Virus genome (UHGV): UHGV-1357478
DNA from: a virus
Strand: one strand, 5' to 3'
DNA length: 39,244 nucleotides
In this document: positions 35,287 through 39,244 of the stretch, one piece after another
Layout of the letters: each line of letters opens with the position of its first letter
Position numbering within the stretch: the stretch's first letter is position 1
Program-made: the position numbers and the translations under genes
Notes under the pieces: generated by a model
What the model was told of the DNA's origin: nothing
The model's database searches: none
What the model saw: only the letters and a program-made list of their open reading frames with translations

Positions 35287-35472
35287 TTGAACATGAGAAA
35301 AAATTACAGATTGATTTACAAACAGTGTTTCATGGGTGAAGAATTGCAGGACACAATTATGAAATACAACAAGACAATTGCTGAGATGGAGCAATCAGTA
35401 AATGACTTGTACAGCGATCCTCATGTGTTTAGTGTTCGCTATGAAGAGGTGCAAAATGATTCCAAAATTTAG
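35287..35472 (+). CDS. hypothetical protein
   Basis: 61 aa. Confidence 0.35.
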   Translation: MNMRKNYRLIYKQCFMGEELQDTIMKYNKTIAEMEQSVNDLYSDPHVFSVRYEEVQNDSKI

Positions 35473-35926
35473 AGCGTGGGATACCTACGAGAAAGAAATG
35501 CTAGAAAACGTTACACCTTTGTTTGATGACTCGAATAGCATGATGGCCATAATTACGGATTTTCAGATTAAAGGCAGTCCTGGCACGTCTGAAATAGAGA
35601 TAGGAAGTTATGATACAACTTTTAATTGGGATGAATTTCCTTATGTCATCATGCAATCAACAGGGTTGAAAGATAAGAACGGCGTTGAAATTTTTGAGGG
35701 TGATATTTTGAAAATAATAGAAGTAACAAATGAAGGTATTTCAGAATACATCACTGATGTTATTTGGGAAGACTGTTCATTCGTGTTTAAAAGTGAGGGT
35801 GTAGATTACTATGACACTTTTTTAGGAGCGTTTTCAGGAGATCCAAATAAGACATACCCACTTTTTGAACTATTAGTCATCGGAAATGTATGGGATAACC
35901 CAGAATTATTGGAGGGAACAGAATGA
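35456..35926 (+). CDS. YopX-family protein
   Basis: Starts MIPKFRAWD..., the YopX N-terminal signature. GAGGTG RBS. The track ORF starts earlier, at 35402. Confidence 0.65.
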   Translation: MIPKFRAWDTYEKEMLENVTPLFDDSNSMMAIITDFQIKGSPGTSEIEIGSYDTTFNWDEFPYVIMQSTGLKDKNGVEIFEGDILKIIEVTNEGISEYITDVIWEDCSFVFKSEGVDYYDTFLGAFSGDPNKTYPLFELLVIGNVWDNPELLEGTE

Positions 35927-36405
35927 GTAAAGAACAAATACTAAAAGGCTGGGTCGCTAAAATAGGAGATTATGATCCAGCAATCCATTTATTAAAAAGC
36001 TTGATGCACAGACAAGATTATAACGAATTTGATCTAGAAAATAGAAAACTCGGTAGTTTAATTTTGAACGCTTTGTCAGCTTTAGGATACGAAAATATTT
36101 CAGATGAAGAGGAAGACTTTGAAAATGGAATTAATGATAAACGTGTTGCTGAAAATGTAATAATGCAACTATACGCTAGTGACAAACAAGAAAAATTAGA
36201 AAGTATTAAAGAAAAAGTGGTATTGGACAGTATGGGATTGTTAGAGTTTCAAGAGAACTGGTATGGCTACAGTACATGGACGATTGAAGGGTATGGAATA
36301 GATACTTTCACGCTCGGTGGCCATAATTTACTTGAAATATTAGAAGGATTAGAAGGAAAATTTATTTATTTGATTATTGATCGATTTAAGGAGGAAGAAG
36401 AATGA
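35923..36405 (+). CDS. hypothetical acidic protein
   Basis: 160 aa; ATGA overlap with the upstream gene. Confidence 0.45.
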   Translation: MSKEQILKGWVAKIGDYDPAIHLLKSLMHRQDYNEFDLENRKLGSLILNALSALGYENISDEEEDFENGINDKRVAENVIMQLYASDKQEKLESIKEKVVLDSMGLLEFQENWYGYSTWTIEGYGIDTFTLGGHNLLEILEGLEGKFIYLIIDRFKEEEE

Positions 36406-36662
36406 GCTACGAAAATTACAAAAATTGTGTTGAAGAGGTAAAAGACAAGAACGGTAAAGCAATTAAATATCATGACGTTGTTAGAACGTCACGAGGTGAA
36501 ATTTTATTAGTAGGACTAGGAGTAAATCACCATCATAAAACAAAAGGTTTGAATGCCTTTAATAATTTTATTGGTTCTCATGATTGGTTAGATGTTTATC
36601 CAGACGGGGAATTAGAAATCCTAGGAAACGTTGATTTTTTGGGGAGGAACAGCGATGAATAA
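36402..36662 (+). CDS. hypothetical protein
   Basis: 86 aa; ATGA overlap with the upstream gene. Confidence 0.45.
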   Translation: MSYENYKNCVEEVKDKNGKAIKYHDVVRTSRGEILLVGLGVNHHHKTKGLNAFNNFIGSHDWLDVYPDGELEILGNVDFLGRNSDE

Positions 36663-37239
36663 ACAAGAATTGATTGAAGAATTAGAATGCATAGAAGTTT
36701 CTACAGACAGCCTTGATTATTTGCAAGGTGCTGACTATGCCAACGAAAGAGCAATTAATTTAGCAAAACAACTAGATGAACCGATAAAAGTTGTTGTTCC
36801 GAAGTTTGTTGCGGAATGGCTTGATAAACATAAGTATTCCACTGATATAATTGATCTCTTTTTAAGCGTTGAGTACGCAACTGATTCAGATGGGTTTGTT
36901 GCTGAAAAATGGGATTACAGCGAAGAATTTTATGATTGGTTGAGTAATAGTGCAGATATACAGTTTACGTTGTGCGACGCTATGAGGTATGGCTACGAAG
37001 CCGAGAAAGAGCCAACCATTCACGAGCTTAAAATTTTACCAGAATACTTTGAAGCGGTTGTTTCAGGTAATAAACGTTTTGAAATCCGTAAAAATGACCG
37101 TAACTATCAAAAAGGTGATATCTTACGCTTAAACGAATATCAAGACGGACAATATACAGGCGATGTCCATGTCGCAGAAATAACGTACATTACAGATTAT
37201 GCCCAACAAGATGGCTATGTAGTGCTAGGAATTAAGTGA
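36655..37239 (+). CDS. ASCH/DUF3850-like domain protein
   Basis: C-terminal ...LPEYFEAVVSGNKRFEIRKNDRNYQKGDILRL.... Start at the ATG 36655 after GGGGAGGAA. The track ORF starts at 36631. Confidence 0.5.
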   Translation: MNKQELIEELECIEVSTDSLDYLQGADYANERAINLAKQLDEPIKVVVPKFVAEWLDKHKYSTDIIDLFLSVEYATDSDGFVAEKWDYSEEFYDWLSNSADIQFTLCDAMRYGYEAEKEPTIHELKILPEYFEAVVSGNKRFEIRKNDRNYQKGDILRLNEYQDGQYTGDVHVAEITYITDYAQQDGYVVLGIK

Positions 37240-37252
37240 GGAGGATCAATAA

Positions 37253-37438
37253 ATGAAACGCAACTGGAAAAGAGTAATAAATAAATTTAGTGGCATTGCA
37301 ATAATGATTCTTGTAGCAAAAGCAACCGTGAGTCATTTCGTGTGTGGAAATGACATAACAAGCAGTGATCTCGTTTATTTCCTTTCATGCTCTTTTATTT
37401 TTGGATTAGGGCTATATTTAGGAGGTTCAAGTGTATGA
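37253..37438 (+). CDS. small membrane protein
   Basis: 61 aa with two hydrophobic segments. Confidence 0.4.
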   Translation: MKRNWKRVINKFSGIAIMILVAKATVSHFVCGNDITSSDLVYFLSCSFIFGLGLYLGGSSV

Positions 37439-37635
37439 GTTATCCAGAAGTTTATATCTTAGGAAGGCAAGTCAATGGAGTGTATGTTGAGTATTCAGAG
37501 CCATATCTTTCAAAAAAAGAAGCTGAATTTGATAAGAATCACTATGAAATGGGCCAATCAATGTCACATGATGCTGGCTCTTGGAAAATTTTAAAGTATG
37601 GCAGGCCAATTACACTGGAGGTGCAACATGGGTAA
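37435..37635 (+). CDS. hypothetical protein (66 aa)
   Basis: ATG overlapping the upstream TGA; RBS GGAGG. The track ORF starts upstream at 37387. Confidence 0.4.
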   Translation: MSYPEVYILGRQVNGVYVEYSEPYLSKKEAEFDKNHYEMGQSMSHDAGSWKILKYGRPITLEVQHG

Positions 37636-37779
37636 GAAAAAATCAAAAATTAAAAAGAAAAAGCGTCGCTTGCAGGAAAAGGCGATTGCAAACGGCACTC
37701 AAAATTCTAAAAAATAAAAAAAGTCGGAATCGCTCCGACCAACCATATCGATATTATAACATAAAAGGAGCGATTTAAC

Positions 37780-38196
37780 TTGATTCAATTGTTAAAAGAA
37801 GTTGATTTCAGTAAGACTAGAGCCAATGCGAGAGCCGTGTTGAAAAATTTTAGACGTTTGGACCGAATAGCTGGTCGTTCCTTAGTAGATGTTCGGTCGC
37901 CAATCATTACAGACATGCCTAAAGGTATAACGCATGGCAACAAAGCAGAAGATGCGTTGATCCAGATGATTGATGTCGAAGTAGAGCGTGATGCAATCCT
38001 AACGGCTTTGATGTCATTAAGTATAATAAGTCGTCAAATTCTTCACTACAGTTTTTGCGTGCAGGACCATTACTCTAATTACAAAATCGCCAGAGAAATT
38101 GGATATTCTGAAAGAAGTATTCAAAGAATGAAATCAGAAGCTTTGGTTGAATTCGCGGAAGCTTACCGCAATGGAAAAATAATTGCATATAAATAA
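37780..38196 (+). CDS. ArpU-family late-gene transcriptional regulator
   Basis: 138 aa, typical size and position (last gene before the packaging genes). TTG start with AAGGAG RBS. Confidence 0.55.
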   Translation: MIQLLKEVDFSKTRANARAVLKNFRRLDRIAGRSLVDVRSPIITDMPKGITHGNKAEDALIQMIDVEVERDAILTALMSLSIISRQILHYSFCVQDHYSNYKIAREIGYSERSIQRMKSEALVEFAEAYRNGKIIAYK

Positions 38197-38198
38197 TT

Positions 38199-38235
38199 TT
38201 TGGCGGTTTTTTGGCGGAAAGTTGGCGGTTTTTAT
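38199..38235 (+). repeat. three direct TTTTGGCGG repeats
   Basis: ttttggcggttttttggcggaaagttggcggttttt, immediately downstream of the ArpU-like gene. Confidence 0.5.
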
Positions 38236-38367
38236 ACGAATTTGAGTGCTAATATAGTAATATCGAAAGTCAAAGAAATGGACACATTACACAACGCTTT
38301 CTGGTTTAGTCACCGTTCACTTTGACTTTTGATGGTCACTTGCAGACTTACGTTCTCAATAAAATGA

Positions 38368-38396
38368 AGTGAGGTGAATAACCTCCTCTTTTTTCT
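38368..38396 (+). terminator. terminator-like hairpin upstream of the tRNA
   Basis: gaggt-gaata-acctc then ctcTTTTTT. Confidence 0.45.
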
Positions 38397-38420
38397 ACAA
38401 GTTTGCAAGGGACACGTTAA

Positions 38421-38493
38421 TGGAATATAGCTCAGTTGGTAGAGCATACGACTGTTAATCGTAGGGTCATGAGTTCGAGTCTCATTATTCCAG
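38421..38493 (+). tRNA. tRNA-Asn (anticodon GTT)
   Basis: Hand-folded cloverleaf: acceptor TGGAATA/TATTCCA; D-arm GCTCAGTTGGTAGAGC; anticodon stem TACGA/TCGTA with loop CTGTTAA; T-arm ATGAG-TTCGAGT-CTCAT; discriminator G. No encoded CCA. Confidence 0.8.
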
Positions 38494-38556
38494 TAAGCAG
38501 CATAAGCTGCTTAAAAAAATTAGGAAACGTCAATAGATGTTTCTATCCTTCACGAA

Positions 38557-38590
38557 GGGGCATCCATTTGCGGGATGTCTCTTTTTATAC
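38557..38590 (+). terminator. terminator after the tRNA
   Basis: ggcatcc...ggatgtc stem followed by TCTCTTTTTAT. Confidence 0.5.
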
Positions 38591-38650
38591 ATAAATTTAC
38601 GAAGAGGTGTTCTAGTGATTATAAAAAGAGTTGTTAAATCAGGAGGAATC

Positions 38651-39244
38651 ATGGAAGGAAATACGCTTACTAGTCATAGCTGGCAAGGAATTATAGATGT
38701 AGCTTCGATTTTATTAACTAAAAATAACTCACTTTGGTATAATGAAAATAAAAATAGCAGTGAGGAGAGAAACAATATGGATCCACAATTATTAGATTTA
38801 AGTACACGATTAGCTGAAGTAGCAGTAAAAAATACAGCTAGTACTATTGCATCGAAAATAAGAGCAGTGAAGAGTAACAAAGATGATAAAAGAATTATAG
38901 CTGAAATGAACGATATTATTTATGAATTATTAGAGGAAAAACAAGAACTAGAATTAATCGCCAAAGCCTATCAAGAAGAGTTTGTTTCTCAGAAATTAAA
39001 AGATGAAGATTTAGAATATATATCTTCAACAGTTATTCCAGTCCTGAAATCGTTTATGGAAAAATGGGCAGAAACTCAAGAGGGAAATGAACGAAAAAAG
39101 ACACTTAAATTTATTGAATCCATAGATGCTTTTGAATCACTAATATCTCTCAATACTTTAAACGTATTACAATTATTAGGATTTAATTTTAAAAAAGGAA
39201 TCGGAGAGCCTATGACAGAAGCGTTAAAAAAATCAATTGATGGG
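38651..39244 (+). CDS. hypothetical protein, 5' part (open at window end; 198 codons)
   Basis: ATG with AGGAGG RBS 7 nt upstream; no stop before the end of the window; AT-rich. Missing from the ORF track because it lacks a stop. Confidence 0.6.
   Translation, partial: MEGNTLTSHSWQGIIDVASILLTKNNSLWYNENKNSSEERNNMDPQLLDLSTRLAEVAVKNTASTIASKIRAVKSNKDDKRIIAEMNDIIYELLEEKQELELIAKAYQEEFVSQKLKDEDLEYISSTVIPVLKSFMEKWAETQEGNERKKTLKFIESIDAFESLISLNTLNVLQLLGFNFKKGIGEPMTEALKKSIDG

Noticed and set aside
37581-37778. 65-aa Arg/Lys-rich ORF in an alternate frame between 37635 and the ArpU-like gene. A 29-aa ORF MGKKKSKIKKKKRRL... sits in the third frame.
   Set aside because: It overlaps the preceding gene in another frame, has no RBS, and is a poly-A-tract artefact. 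The region instead contains a stem-loop (gtcgga-atcgc-tccgac, ~37726-37742) in a non-coding leader.
38674-38880. Minus-strand 68-aa track ORF
   Set aside because: It is antisense to the well-supported plus-strand gene 38651..39244 (AGGAGG RBS, long open frame).

Overview
The window reads as a complete, circularly permuted genome (~39.2 kb) of a temperate siphovirus from a low-GC Gram-positive host (Listeria/Enterococcus/Lactobacillales-like). It is not an integrated prophage, because the integrase and an intact attP-like region sit in the middle of the window. The plus strand carries, in order: terS, terL, portal, Mu-F-like minor head, scaffold, major capsid, connectors, major tail, Ig-like protein, G/GT chaperones, tape measure, Dit, Tal, fibre, two holin-like genes and a signal-peptide amidase endolysin. 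Next come an AT-rich three-gene accessory cassette (ParA-like ATPase plus two unknowns), a bidirectional terminator and arm-site repeats (attP). The minus strand then carries a tyrosine integrase and a lysogeny operon (XRE repressor, ImmA-like metalloprotease, lipoprotein, two unknowns). After a divergent cro/repressor switch, the plus strand resumes with Rha/KilAC antirepressor, ERF recombinase, DnaD-like replisome organiser with internal iterons, MazG-like, YopX, an ASCH/DUF3850 protein and an ArpU-family late regulator. A phage-borne tRNA-Asn follows, and then an open gene that runs off the 3' end in frame with the open gene entering at position 1. The strongest hunt results are: (1) the ParA-like-ATPase-led three-gene moron cassette between endolysin and attP, a candidate novel accessory/defence or partition system; (2) two matching -1 frameshift modules (slippery heptamer + UAG + stem-loop) at the ends of the major capsid and major tail genes that would append a conserved ~20-aa peptide to both, plus the canonical G/GT frameshift; (3) seven HxH repeats in the Tal protein, resembling the metal-binding needle of T4 gp37; (4) a lysogeny-expressed lipoprotein and unknowns in the superinfection-exclusion position. 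All functional calls rest on motifs I recognise by eye; no database search was run.
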